Positions 37,479 through 50,152 of a stretch of DNA of 64,000 bases are shown here, piece by piece (the first letter of the stretch is position 1; every line of letters begins with the position of its first letter). Made by a program: the position numbers and the translations under genes. Source of the stretch: Macrostomum lignano (Eukaryota). Location: NCBI GenBank assembly GCA_002269645.1, contig NIVC01000017.1:62001-126000 (forward strand), read 5' to 3'. Under the pieces are notes generated by a model that saw only the letters and a program-made list of their open reading frames with translations, made no database searches and was not told the DNA's origin.

Positions 37479-38159
37479 CATATCAACACATTTTTCATAG
37501 ATAGGTTTCTTGAAAGATCATGTTTTAAATGTCTTTGGCCTATCTATGACTAGTAGAAACAGCAAGTATCTGATAGAAATTTCTTCCTTTTGGCTGTCAT
37601 TTCAATTTTAAACAGAATTTTTTTGCCTCTACCCAGCCGCTTCAGGTTGATGCGGCGGATTTAGCAATCCAAGAAAGATGGAAAATTAAGCCGTTAAGCT
37701 GTTAAAAGATTTCGAGTGTTGAATTGCTCAATCGCGGCCTTGATGTTCTTCTGCTTCTTCTTCAAAGCCGTCGCTAGTTACTTTTAAAGCCTAGCAAGTA
37801 AATTTTTCTTTTTTAAATATTCAAAGCTTTTTTTTCCACCTGGAGTCCCACGGGACCGGGGTTGTCTGGCCAGTGGGAAAATTCAGCTTAAGTCGGCTAC
37901 TCAACTTTCTTCCCAAACTGCGTCAGAAAATTCGTCCTTTGCACCACAAAAATATTTTTAATTTGGTTTATCGTCGCAAAATATTCTGGACTCAATAACA
38001 GTTTGTTTATACTGCATCTACAAGTAAAGTCCATGTGGCGATGCTTTCCTGCGCGAAAGCCTGAACTTGTATTTGGTAACGATGCTTTAATAGGCACGAA
38101 TATTTCTGCTAAAATGCATTTTTATATTTACAATTGAAATATCTTTTCGTCTTGACTCG

Positions 38160-38765
38160 TTCCAGCTAGATTTTTTCCAACTAGATATTTTCCAGCTAGA
38201 TGTTTTTATCAAGATGTTAGCCAGCTAGATATTTTCCGCATAGATGTTTCCCAACTAGATATTTTCCGCATAGATGTTTCCCAACTAGATATTTTCCGCA
38301 TAGATATTTCCCAACTAGATATTTTCCGCATAGATGTTTCCCAACTAGATATTTTCCGCATAGATGTTTCCCAACTAGATATTTTCCGCATAGATATTTC
38401 CCAACTAGATATTTTCCGCATAGATGTTTCCCAACTAGATATTTTCCGCATAGATGTTTCCCAACTAGATATTTTCCGCATAGATATTTCCCAACTAGAT
38501 ATTTTCCGCATAGATGTTTCCCAACTAGATATTTTCCGCATAGATGTTTCCCAGCTAGATATTTTCCGCATAGATGTTTCCCAACTAGATATTTTCCGCA
38601 TAGATGTTTCCCAACTAGATATTTTCCGCATAGATGTTTCCCAACTAGATATTTTCCGCATAGATGCTTCCCAACTATAAATTTTTCAGCTAGATGTTTC
38701 TTGCATCTAGATGCTTTCCAGCTAAATGTTTTCCAGTTGGATGTTTTCTAGCTAGATTTTATCCA
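38160..38765. repeat. 30-bp minisatellite CCAACTAGATATTTTCCGCATAGATGTTTC with degenerate 15-mer flanks
   Basis: Period 30. Confidence 0.95.
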
Positions 38766-39481
38766 GCTAGGCACGAGCGCTTTTTTAAACTGTGGGACAT
38801 GGACTAACGTTCCATTAGGTCATAAAATTTACCAAATCAAGATCAAAGCAAGAATAGTTTTGAAAGATCCCCAAAAATTTTACATGATGCGAATGAATGA
38901 GAAATTCATGGCAGTCCATGCGAGTCTTTGAAACAAGTATTTTGCCTGAGTTGATTTGCATTTAATTTGCATATAAAAATTGAGCAAAAACACTCTTAAG
39001 TTTTTGCGCGTTTGCCTTGCTTCAATCCGTTAAAAGGGCATGATATTTCTGTTGTCATATGCCTATGGGTGGTATGGAACTTGCTGTAAAAAGACACCAA
39101 TCAAACAAACAGCAATGATCAAGCAAATTTTGCATCGATATAACCCAAGCCATTGAGAATATCTGAGTCGTTTAACTGTTCTGTAAAAATGATACTTTTC
39201 TTCCTGATGTCGCACTGAAAGCAGCTGCAAGGGTGATTGGACGCGTTCCGGCAACTGGTCTCCTAATGATGGTCTCCTAATTGCTGCAAATCATTTGCCA
39301 GTCAAATGGTCAGCATCCCTAGCTTCATCCTGTATTCTTACTGGCTGGATTTTCCTATTCGACAAAACAACTGAAGAGCAGAAAGATTCGGTTATAAATG
39401 AGTGGCCTTCGAGCTTGAATAGTCGGTCCGAATCAGGCTTCATTTGAAGTCGCCTGTCTACCTTGTTGGTAATTAAGAACA

Positions 39482-39787
39482 ATGCGCTGTCTAGACGTAT
39501 TTCTGCTATTCGTTGTTCTTATCGTTTGCAAGGCCGACTGCAATGCCGTTGCTCAACAGTCTAATGAGGAGAAGGCGACTTTCAACTACGCCAACAAGGT
39601 GGAGAATTGGACCAGTCTGTGGCGCCCTATGCAGGACGGCCATCTGGCGCGTCGCAACGGCTATTTCGGACAATCGTCGCCGCGCTCGTTTCTGGTCTCG
39701 TCTCAGCTGTCCTACCTGAAGCCGCTGCCTCGCGTGCCGAATACTAGAAGGTACAACCTGTTAGATTGGAGATACCGATTCGGCTAA
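39482..39787 (+). CDS. Secreted 101-aa candidate neuropeptide precursor predicted to release YNLLDWRYRF-amide
   Basis: Hydrophobic signal peptide (MRCLDVFLLFVVLIVCKADC), two dibasic RR sites, and C-terminal RF-Gly directly before the stop (amidation signal). Confidence 0.65.
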   Translation: MRCLDVFLLFVVLIVCKADCNAVAQQSNEEKATFNYANKVENWTSLWRPMQDGHLARRNGYFGQSSPRSFLVSSQLSYLKPLPRVPNTRRYNLLDWRYRFG

Positions 39788-40401
39788 ATGTTTTGGAATT
39801 GTGATGTCAATCCGAACTTGGAACTCTTTTATCCTGTTGATAATTCGGATGTATACTTTTCGGCTTAAATATGAGCGCCCTAAAATGCAAAGAAATAAAG
39901 AATGAATGCATTAGCAATCTATGCATCAATCTACTCTGTAGTGGCATTTATTTGCTTGCTGTTTTACCTGCCTTGATTTTTTACTTAACTGACGCACCCT
40001 CGTAAGAGATTGAACTTGGCGGTGTTTCCAGGCTGGAGATCTTTCGTTCCTTTGTTATGAACAAGGTTATGGATTGTGTCAATACTTTCGCGGCAAATTA
40101 AATTGCTGAAATCATCTTCTTCAAAGCTTTTGCATGGCATTTTTAAGTGCACGGGCACCTGCTAAGAAATACTTGGCACTACTTGACTAAACAAAGGCTA
40201 TTTAAAAGAGATTTTTTATGTTCGAACGTTCAAACGCTTTCTAAAAGTGTAATCAGAATTTTTAAGCATTCTTTAAATCTTGAAGCGTATCAACGGTTAA
40301 AACAATAATTTGATTTATTGCAGGCTTTGACAGCGCAAGAAAGAGCTGAATAAAATAGACATTCCAAATCAATTAAACACGGCAAATCACAAGCTGTCAA
40401 T

Positions 40402-43400
40402 ATGTCTGATCCCGTCGTAAATTTGAAACGAACCGCCTCGGTTCACTCGATGCCAAGCGGAAACGCCACCGCCGCCGCCACTCCCGACTCTCCGTCTCGA
40501 ACGCCACCTTTAATCGATGGTGCTCAGCAGCCGAGGCCGAAGACAGGCCGACAGCATTCAACAGCCGACAGTCACTGCGATCCAGCGGCCGCCGCGGCCC
40601 GTCGTCTATCTTATCCGGCGCAATCTTTCGACGATGTCGCCGCCGCTAGCGGAGGCGCCGATCGAAGCGCCTCTGATGACGCAATCGATCGTTTGTTTAC
40701 GTCGAATTCTTTCGATGAATTGGTTAATTCCTTGCACGGATTGCTGGCCGCGCATCCCACGGAACAGGTGGGCGTGGGGTGCTCATTTTTGTGCGCTTGC
40801 TCAAGATTGTTGGCCCTTATTGAATGGTTAGATCCAGAGGGAATCCCATCCTGGTTAGAGGAAATATCATCCTTCAGAGGGGACAGGGAATCCCAACTCT
40901 CATCGCAATCTCACCCCTGTCGAAGAAAATCCCATCTTGCTCAGAGGGAATCTGGACTTGCTTAGAGGGAATCCGGACTTGCTTAGAGGAAATCCCAACT
41001 TGCTCAGAGGAAACCCGACTTGCTTAAAGGGAATCCCGGCTTGCTTAGAGGGAATCCCGACTTGCTTAGAGGGAATCCCGGCTTGCTTAAAGGGAATCCC
41101 AACTTGCTCAGAGGAAATCCCAACTTGCTCAGAGGAAACCCGACTTGCTTAAAGGGAATCCCGGCTTGCTTAGAGGGAATCCCGACTTGCTTAGAGGGAA
41201 TCCCGGCTTGCTTAAAGGGAATCTCAACTTGCTCAGAGGAAATCCCAACTTGCTCAGAGGAAATCCGACTTGCTTAAAGGGAATCCCGGCTTGCTTAGAG
41301 GGAATCCCGACTTGCTTAGAGGGAATCCCGGCTTGCTTAAAGGGAATCCCAACTTGCTCAGAAGGAATCCCAACTTGCTCAGAAGGAATCCCGGCTTGCT
41401 TAGAGGGAATCCCAACTTGCTCAGAAGGAATCCCAACTTGCTCAGAGGGAATCCCAACTTGCTCAAAGGGAATCCCATCATGTTGACTCCTACAGAAGTC
41501 GAATGAATCGAACCCACACCTAAATTTCCAAATCCCCAAGGAGATCAGCCGGGAACGGGTTATCGAATCTCTGCGCGAGGCCTCCAGCTACACCAGCAGC
41601 GAGTTCCTGCTTGCCGACACTGCCGGCCTTCGTCAACCGGCGGCTGCGGCGGCGGCCCAGTCTGGCAGCGTGCTGCGCAAGCTGATCGACTTTCCCAGCA
41701 CCTTCATCGACCAGGCGCTGGAGGTGGCCGCCAGGCAAGGCGGCTACTGGATCATGAGCCTGCTGCCGATTCACGAGGTCGTCACTCTGATGCTGCTGCT
41801 CATATTCCGCTGGTTAAATGTCGAATTCCTTCAGCAGCTGGGCTGGCTGGTCCTGTTCTACTGCGGCCTGGCCTGCATGCTCACCTGCAGCTTCCGGGTG
41901 CTGCACGCGCTCGTCACCGACAGACGGCGGGGCAAGCCGCTACGGCGGGCCGTCAAGCGGCTACTGAAGGACGCCAGCGCCGAGGAGAGGTCGACAGCCG
42001 TTCGCCGACTCGGCCGGCGTCGGCATCAGGCGGCCCTGTCGGGTAACAGCGTCGGCTGCCTTGTTGCCTGCCTGTGCGCCGCTGCCGGATACGGCCTCTG
42101 CAGCCACGTGCTGGTGCCCGCCTCCGAGATGCTCATGCTGAGCTGCCTGATGGCACTGCTGCTGCTTGTCTACGGAGGCGGGGGCAATCGATTCAGGTTT
42201 GCGTGGGATATGGAAGCCAAATGGTTCACGACTGCTGGGTATCCGGTTCTAGATCCTCAGTTGCTGGGCCAGCCTCCCAGATCCTCAGTTGCTGGGCCAG
42301 CCTCCCAGATCCTCAGTTGCTGTGCCAGCCTCCCAGATCCTCAGTTGCTGGGCCAGCCTCTCAGATCCTCAGTTGCTGGGCCAGCCTTCCCAGATCCCCA
42401 GTTGCTGGGCCAGCCTTCCCAGATCCCCAGTTGCTGGGCCAGCCTTCCCGGATCCCCAGTTGCTGGGCCAGCCTTCCCAGATCCCCAGTTGCTGGGCCAG
42501 CCTTCCCAGATCCCCAGTTGCTGGGCCAGCCTTCCCGGATCCCCAGTTGCTGGGCCAGCCTTCCCAGATCCCCAGTTGCTGGGCCAGCCTCCCAGACCCT
42601 CAGTTGATAGCTAGGCCTATCACTTAGTTTGTCTTGCCTTTTTCTGAGCTACTCGTACTTGCTTTTGCCCACTTGGATGCCTATAAAGCAACTGCTCCAA
42701 CGGCAAAGTCTTACAGTCCTAATCAATTGGCTACTCAGTGACCTTCTCATGTCTATTTCCGAATCCCGCTAATAATCTTCATGCTTTTCGTGATAGTTAC
42801 TTTGCATTGGCTATCCTGGTTCAACTATGCGTTTTAAATTTCAGAGTGAATTTCATAAACTAGTGCCCAGTGGTAGTTAAATAGTTAATTTAAATACTGG
42901 CTGCCGTGGCTCCTAATTTTTGCTGCTTAGGTATCACCATAAAATTTTTGCAGCGAATTAATAATTCAATTCTGTTCATAGTCCACTGGATTGCTCTCTG
43001 GATCTTTCCTATCTTTCCTATGCATGGTTTTGTATAGATGGACTGGGGCTACTCAGATGGGACTGGGGCTACTCAGATGGGACTGGGGCTACTCAGATGG
43101 GACTGGGGCTACTCAGATGGGACTGGGGCTACTCAGATGGGACTGGGGCTACTCAGATTGGACTGAGGCTACTCAGATGGGACTGGGGCTACTCAGATGG
43201 GACTGGGGCTACTCAGATGGGACTGGGGCTACTCAGCTAGAACTTGGCTTTCTCAAATAGATCTGAGGCTGCTTAAAGTGGACCAGAAATCGTAGTCTGG
43301 TGCTTTCCCGACGTCAATCAACCACAGCTCTATATTTGCCTCTCCCCCAGGTGGATAAAGCTTTGCTTTCTACTAACCAGCTTGTACTCCGGTTTGCCAG

Positions 43401-44085
43401 CGTTGCTAGGCCCAGGCCTGCCTAGCAACCGGTTGCCAAGCTGGCTATGCTGGACGGTGGCCTCGGCTGCGGAAGTGCCTCTGCCGGCAGTTTTCAGTTT
43501 GGCTCCGCAACTTCGCCTGTCACTGAGCCTGCCAGCCGCTGCTAAGCTGGGCTCCCTGGCCTGCTTAGCCAGCCTCCTGCCCTGCCGCTGCGCCATCCCC
43601 TGCCTGCTGGCCGCCGCCTGGTGGCATTTCGGCCTCCTATTCGCTTCCGAAGTCACTTTTGGTGGGATTCTCCGGCTGGCCAGCGGTGTCGGCCTGGCAT
43701 TCGTTGCCCCCATGGCGCTGCCGCTGCTGCTCCTGTACATCCTTGCCGTGGTGCTGGCGCACACTCCAGCAGTGCTGTTTGTCTACCTGTGGCAGGCTGG
43801 CGGCCTGCTGTTGCTGCTGTTATTGAGTGTTATCATGATCTACGGCGTGCAGAATGGGCTCACAATTGGCAGGACTAATCTGAAGCAGGATTATCCCACT
43901 CTGTACAGAGCCGGCTTGGCCGCCTTCTTCACCGCCTGCTGCCTGATCCCTTTTGTGTTCTACTGGCTCAGGGTTGAGCCGGTGGCCACCTCGGAGTCGA
44001 CACGAAGTATTCTGCCTTCGCTCACTTATGAGCAGTTCAGTCAGGTAAGCATGCTGTCTGTCTGTCTGTCTCTGTCTGTCTGTCT

Positions 44086-44159
<74 letters not shown>

Positions 44160-44162
44160 GCC

Positions 44163-44195
<33 letters not shown>

Positions 44196-44215
44196 GCCTG
44201 TCTGTCTGTCTGTCT

Positions 44216-44250
<35 letters not shown>

Positions 44251-44274
44251 TGTCTGTCTGTCTGTCTCAGTGTG

Positions 44275-44325
<51 letters not shown>

Positions 44326-44453
44326 GTGTGCGTGTGTCTGTCTGTCTGTCTCAGTGTGTGTGTGTCTGTCTGTCTGTCTCAGTGTGTGTCTGTCTGTCTC
44401 AGTGTGTGTGTGTCTGTCTGTCTGTCTCAGTGTGTGTGTGTCTGTCTGTCTGT

Positions 44454-44533
<80 letters not shown>

Positions 44534-44546
44534 CAGTGTGTGTGTG

Positions 44547-44579
<33 letters not shown>

Positions 44580-44744
44580 CAGTGTGTGTTTGTGTCTGTC
44601 TGTCTGTCTCAGTGTGTGCGTGTGTCTGTCTGTCTGTCTGTCTGTCTGTCTGCCTGTCTGTCTGTCTGTCTGTCTGTCTCAGTGTGTGTGTGTGTGTGTG
44701 TGTGTGTCTGTCTGTCTGTCTGTCTGTCTGTCTCAGTGTGTGTG

Positions 44745-44833
<89 letters not shown>

Positions 44834-44882
44834 CAGTGTGTGCGTGTGTCTGTCTGTCTGTCTCAGTGTGTGTGTGTGTGTG

Positions 44883-44915
<33 letters not shown>

Positions 44916-45117
44916 GCCTGTCTGTCTGTCTGTCTGTCTCAGTGTGTGTGTGTCTGTCTGTCTGTCTGTCTGTCTGTCTGCCTGTCTGTCTGTCTGTCTG
45001 TCTGTCTTAGTGTCTGTGTGTGTGTGTGTGTCTGTCTGTCTGTCTGTCTGTCTCAGTGTGTGCGTGTGTCTGTCTGTCTGTCTCAGTGTGTGTGTGTGTC
45101 TGTCTGTCTGTCTGTCG

Positions 45118-45157
<40 letters not shown>

Positions 45158-46119
45158 CAGTGTGTGTGTGTCTGTCTGTCTGTCTCAGTGTGTGTGTGTC
45201 TGTCTGTCTGTCTCTCTGTGTGTGTGTGTGTGTGTGTTTGTCTGTCTCTCTGTCTGTCTGTCTGTCTCTCTCTGTGTGTGTGTGTGTGTGTGTCTGTCTG
45301 TCTGTCTGCCTGTCTGTCTGTCTGCCTGTCTGCCTGTCTGTCTGTCCCATCGCCAGCCTCAGTCTAATCCGCATCGCCCTCCGCTGCCAGGTGTGCTGCC
45401 AGCGTGGCTGGTCCTGTCACAACAACCGAGTGGAAGCGCAGGCGGTCTGCGCCCACCTCGAAGGCGTCCGAGTCTACTGGCAGGGCACAGTCCGGGGCGT
45501 GGCCATCGGCCGTACGGACAACAAAATGAAAGACTTTGTAAAATTCCTCCCGGCATTTCTGCACCGCCTGTTCGCCTGCACCTACGGCCGGCCGTACATG
45601 TGCGACAACGCCACGGTGGCGAGGTTCGGCCCGATCCTGTGCGAAGCCCTGGCCGAGCAGAAGGCCTGCCACCTGGAGGACTACAACGATCACACCTATC
45701 ACATCACCGTGAGCCCCAAGCTGCGCTACCCGAACGCCAGTCTGAGCACCCAGAAGGCGCAGGTGGTGCTGCTTGCGCCGTCCAGCTTGAGCGACCAGGC
45801 CCGGCTGCTGACCGCCGGCCACCGGGTCCGCTTCTCCGGCGTCATCGAGGACACCCTGTCGGATCCGGCCAGGGTGCGCCTGCGCTCGCTGGACTGCAGC
45901 AACTGCGTCTGGACTCTGCGACCCGGCAAGGCCGCCAGCAAGGCCGCCAAGATGGCCGCCGCTGCCGCTGCCGCTTCTTCGTCGGCTTCCTCCGGCGCCG
46001 CGCCGCCTCCTGTCGATGTCGACGACGACGATGACGACGACGACGACGACTGGAGCTGGTCGCGGCTTCTCGCCCGGGTGACGTCTTTCTGCTTTCAGCC
46101 GCTGCTTCTGGTTGGCTGA
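40402..46119 (+). CDS. WFS1: Wolframin (ER membrane protein), ~814 aa. Exons 40402-40767, 41541-42196, 43351-44044, 45391-46119.
   Basis: KLIDFP...[22 protein letters not shown], multiple TM helices and [11 protein letters not shown]. The luminal part reads SLTYEQFSQ|[35 protein letters not shown]. Splice phases (0,2,0) are compatible. Confidence 0.9.
40840..41480. repeat. ~21-bp minisatellite GGGAATCCC(AA/GG)CTTGCT(C/T)AGA with a 125-bp higher-order repeat, in WFS1 intron 1
   Basis: Monomer ~21 nt. Near-identical blocks start at 41020, 41145 and 41270. Confidence 0.93.
42250..42608. repeat. 28-bp minisatellite (same family as 25320-25625), WFS1 intron 2
   Basis: CCCAGATCC(T/C)CAGTTGCTGGGCCAGCCT repeats. 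Confidence 0.94.
43037..43238. repeat. 20-bp minisatellite GATGGGACTGGGGCTACTCA (inverse of 31016-31770), WFS1 intron 2
   Basis: Reverse complement of the 31-kb unit. Confidence 0.95.
44053..45345. repeat. (TCTG)n/(TG)n compound microsatellite filling WFS1 intron 3
   Basis: Direct inspection, bounded by donor GTAAGC at 44045 and acceptor at 45390. Confidence 0.98.
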
Positions 46120-46345
46120 GATTTCCTATCCTGTGTAAATATGATTGCTTGTGTAAATGATTTATATATATATTCTATACATATCGGCTATTAAGTACTC
46201 TTGGCATCCGGTTTTGCGGCTTAAAACTGCGTTTTATCACTCTGGCTGCTTTGGTTTCTGTTCATTGTCCCTCTACCCCCCCCCCTCGCTAATTCTCGAT
46301 ATTCCCATTTAGTCAGTGGTTATTAGTTTGTAGGCTCTGGGCATG

Positions 46346-46435
46346 AGCTCACACGGGGTGTACAGCGGCCCCGAACTGTCTAATCGTCAGGCCTGTACCA
46401 CACTGTCTGTGCCTAGGGGGTTGTCCTTCCCGTTG
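46346..46435 (-). repeat. Fragment of the SINE-like repeat seen at 9525-9780
   Basis: CTCACACGGGGTGTACAGCGGCCCC..TCTAATCGTCAGGCCTGTA..CTGTGCCTAGGGGG aligns with the reverse complement of 9595-9670. Confidence 0.6.
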
Positions 46436-47089
46436 AAAACGTTATCGTGACAAGAATCGCTAAGGAGTCAAATTGCAAACAACTCGCTATCGACTCTAGC
46501 GACTCGATCAAACGACTGTAATACGACAGAGAGGCGACTGTTGAGTCAGGAGCGCATCACGTGAGCTGTAGAATCGTAAGAGTTGCTAGAAAGTCGTACG
46601 CGTCAACCCCGGCCCCAAAGTCTCCGCTACACATTTAGAGTGTAGCGGTGGTTTTAATTAAGTGCAGCGGCGGCATAAAGACCGTAGTTGTATCGTTTTT
46701 TCGAATTGCATTTTACCTTGTCTCATACCGACCGTGCTCTAGTCACCGCTTGACGCATGTCACTAATGAGCTATACGCCTATAGTCTGACATCTTTACTC
46801 TGCTGTAATTACCTATCTTGGTGCGATATCATCTTTTATTTTGAGTTGTTTTAATTAAATAAATTATTGATTTTAATCTTTAATGGTTGCAGTATTAATA
46901 TTGATTTTGTGTGTGCCTATTGTCAACCAGGTGTTATATTATACAGAAAGTGAATACTCGTGCCTACTTGTATTTTGGATGCTTCTGTGTACTTGCATGT
47001 ACTATTTAATTCCTACTGACATCATTGTGAATAAAATGTGCTAAAATGTCTCTGGACTATTTCTGAAGTGTCTTGATCAAACTCAACCT

Positions 47090-48078
47090 AAGACTGTTTG
47101 ACGTCAAGCCTGGACTGTCTGGGTCAAGTCTGGACCGTTTGGGTCAAGCCTGGACCGTTTGGGTCAAGCCTGGACTGTTTGGGTCAAGCCTGGACCGTTT
47201 GGGTCATGCCTGAACTGTTTGGATCAAGTCTGGACCGTTTGGGTCAAGCCTGGACCGTTTGGGTCAAGCCTGGACTGTTTGGGTCAAGTCTGGACCGTTT
47301 GGGTCAAGCCTGGACCGTTTGGGTCAAGCCTGGACTGTTTGGGTCAAGCCTGGACGGTTTGGGTCAAGCCTCGACGGTTTGGGTCAAGCCTGAACTGTTT
47401 GGATCAAGCCTGGACGGTTTGGGTCAAGCTTGAACTGTTTGGATCAAGTCTGGACCGTTTGGGTCAAGCCTGGACCGTTTGGGTCAAGCCTGAACTGTTT
47501 GGGTCAAGCCTGGACGGTTTGGGTCAAGCCTGAACTGTTTGGATCAAGCCTGGACCGTTTGGGTCAAGTCTGGACTGTTTGGGTCAAGCCTGGACCGTTT
47601 GGGTCAAGACTGGACTGTTTGGGTCAAGCCTGAACGGTTTGGGTCAAGCCTGAACTGTTTGGATCAAGTCTGGACCGTTTGGGTCAAGCCTGGACCGTTT
47701 GGGTCAAGTCTGGACCGTTTGGGTCAAGTCTGGACCGTTTGGGTCAAGTCTGGACCGTTTGGGTCAAGCCTGGACTGTTTGGGTCAAGCCTGGACTGTTT
47801 GGGTGAAGCCTGGACTGTTTGTGTCAAGCCTGGACCGTTTGGGTCAAGCCTGGACTGTCTGGGTCAAGCCTGGACCGTTTAAGTCAAGACTGGACTGTTT
47901 GGGTCAAGCCTGAACGGTTTGGGTCAAGCCTGAACCGTTTGGGTCAAGCCTGGACTGTTTGGGTCAAGCCTGGACTGTTTGGGTGAAGCCTGGACTGTTT
48001 GTGTCAAGCCTGGACCGTTTGGGTCAAGCCTGGACCGTTTGGGTCAAGCCTGGACTGTCTGGGTCAAGCCTGGACTGC
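47090..48078. repeat. 20-bp minisatellite GGGTCAAGCCTGGACCGTTT
   Basis: Period 20. Confidence 0.96.
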
Positions 48079-48514
48079 TTTTTCGAAGTTCCTAATCTCA
48101 CCTTCCAGCTGCTTCAATTTCCTCTGTCCACTGCTTCCTAATTGGAACTTAATTGGCTCGTATTATCTCATTGTATTCGAATAAAACAGTTTAAATTCAT
48201 GAAAATGTGCAATTGAGGAAATAAGTTTGCCAGATACTTCTTGCTAAAGCCGAGGCTTATGTGCAGGAAAATGTACTTTTAAGCTATGAAGTCGGCCGTC
48301 TGTTTATCTTTCCTATAATGCCAACAGGGCCAATCCAATATCTCTACAGTTCGAGTAATTGCCTACAGGAGTGCAAAGTGCAGGTTTCCTCGTGGTTATT
48401 CAATAAAATAAAAAATCTGAAACAGACAACTGTTAGTATTTTTGCTTAAATAGAAAACTCATTTTATTTGTCATTTAAACGTTCGAATGTTTCTTTTTAG
48501 CATCAGTCTTAATC

Positions 48515-48880
48515 ACTCATGATTCAGGTTTAGAATCTCATGATGATTCACTCATTATTTAGGCTTAGAATCTCATGATTTAGGTTAAGAATTTCATTAT
48601 TCACTCACGATTCACGTTAAGAATCTCATGATTCACTCATAATTCCGGTTTAAAATCTCATGATTCTCTTATTATTCAGGTTTAGAATCTCATGATTCAG
48701 GTTTAGAGTCTCGTGATTCACTCATGATTCAGGTTTAGAATCTCATGATTCAGGTTTAGAGTCTCGTGATTCACTCATTATTCAGGTTTAGAATCTCATG
48801 ATTCACTCATGATTCAGGTTAAGAACTTTATGATTCACTCATATTATTGAGGTCTAAAATCTCATAATTCACTCATTAAA
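48515..48880. repeat. Degenerate minisatellite based on TCATGATTCAGGTTTAGAATC / TCACTCATGAT
   Basis: Variable-length units. Confidence 0.85.
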
Positions 48881-48950
48881 AATGATCCTTCACAAAAATC
48901 AAAATTCCAGCTTCAGCTGCCGCTCCCAACTCCAAAAGCCAGGCCGGGAA

Positions 48951-49442
48951 ATGCTTATCCAGACTCTCCTCAATCTACTCGTCATCTTTACCGTCGTCGT
49001 CTCCTTGGCGACAGCCGAAGATGCCGCCGCGCCGCCAGCGCTGACCCCGTCGGCTGCGCAAACCTCGGCTGAGGTCGGCCGGCCGTTCACCGTCAGCTGC
49101 AGCCTGCCGTCAGCCGGTTGCGCGGCAAACTACACCGCTAGCTCGCTGCAGTGGCTGTCGCCGGGCGGCTCGCCAGTCGGTTTAAACGGTCGAATCTCGT
49201 CTGTAAACGGCAGCCTGGTGTGCGCCAATGCCAGCCTGTCGGATACGGGCAATTATAATTGCAGTCTGGCCGTCTGCGGACTGTCGGCTACGGCCTACGT
49301 GCTGGTGTACGAGATGCCCAGCTATGCCGCCATGCTAGCTGTGATCTACTCGATTGATGGCGGCCTGGCTGTGGCTGTGGCTGTGCTGTGCACTCTGTCT
49401 CTGGTCCTCACTCGCCGCTCTGCAGCCAATGCTATTGTCTGA
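48951..49442 (+). CDS. Small type-I membrane protein with one Ig domain (163 aa)
   Basis: Signal peptide, Ig signature (VSC..LQWLSP..LSDTGNYNC..AYVLVY), one TM helix containing Asp and a 9-10 aa tail. ATG at 48951. Confidence 0.85.
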   Translation: MLIQTLLNLLVIFTVVVSLATAEDAAAPPALTPSAAQTSAEVGRPFTVSCSLPSAGCAANYTASSLQWLSPGGSPVGLNGRISSVNGSLVCANASLSDTGNYNCSLAVCGLSATAYVLVYEMPSYAAMLAVIYSIDGGLAVAVAVLCTLSLVLTRRSAANAIV

Positions 49443-49518
49443 TGCTGGGCGATTGATCTAATCTAGACTTGGAGTCTGCGGCAGTGTTGGTGACCTGATT
49501 TGCATTTTGGCTTTAGCA

Positions 49519-50152
<634 letters not shown>

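Noticed and set aside
44045-45390. 542-675-aa ORFs rich in SVCL/CVCV suggesting a long Cys-rich protein
   Set aside because: The microsatellite lacks stops. Canonical splice sites remove it and restore the Wolframin motif FSQ|VCC, and the exon-3 frame stops at 45010 if the intron is retained.
23767-48184. Repetitive ORFs (YLICL.., [43 protein letters not shown] etc.)
   Set aside because: These are translations of minisatellites, open in several frames, and lie within introns or spacers.
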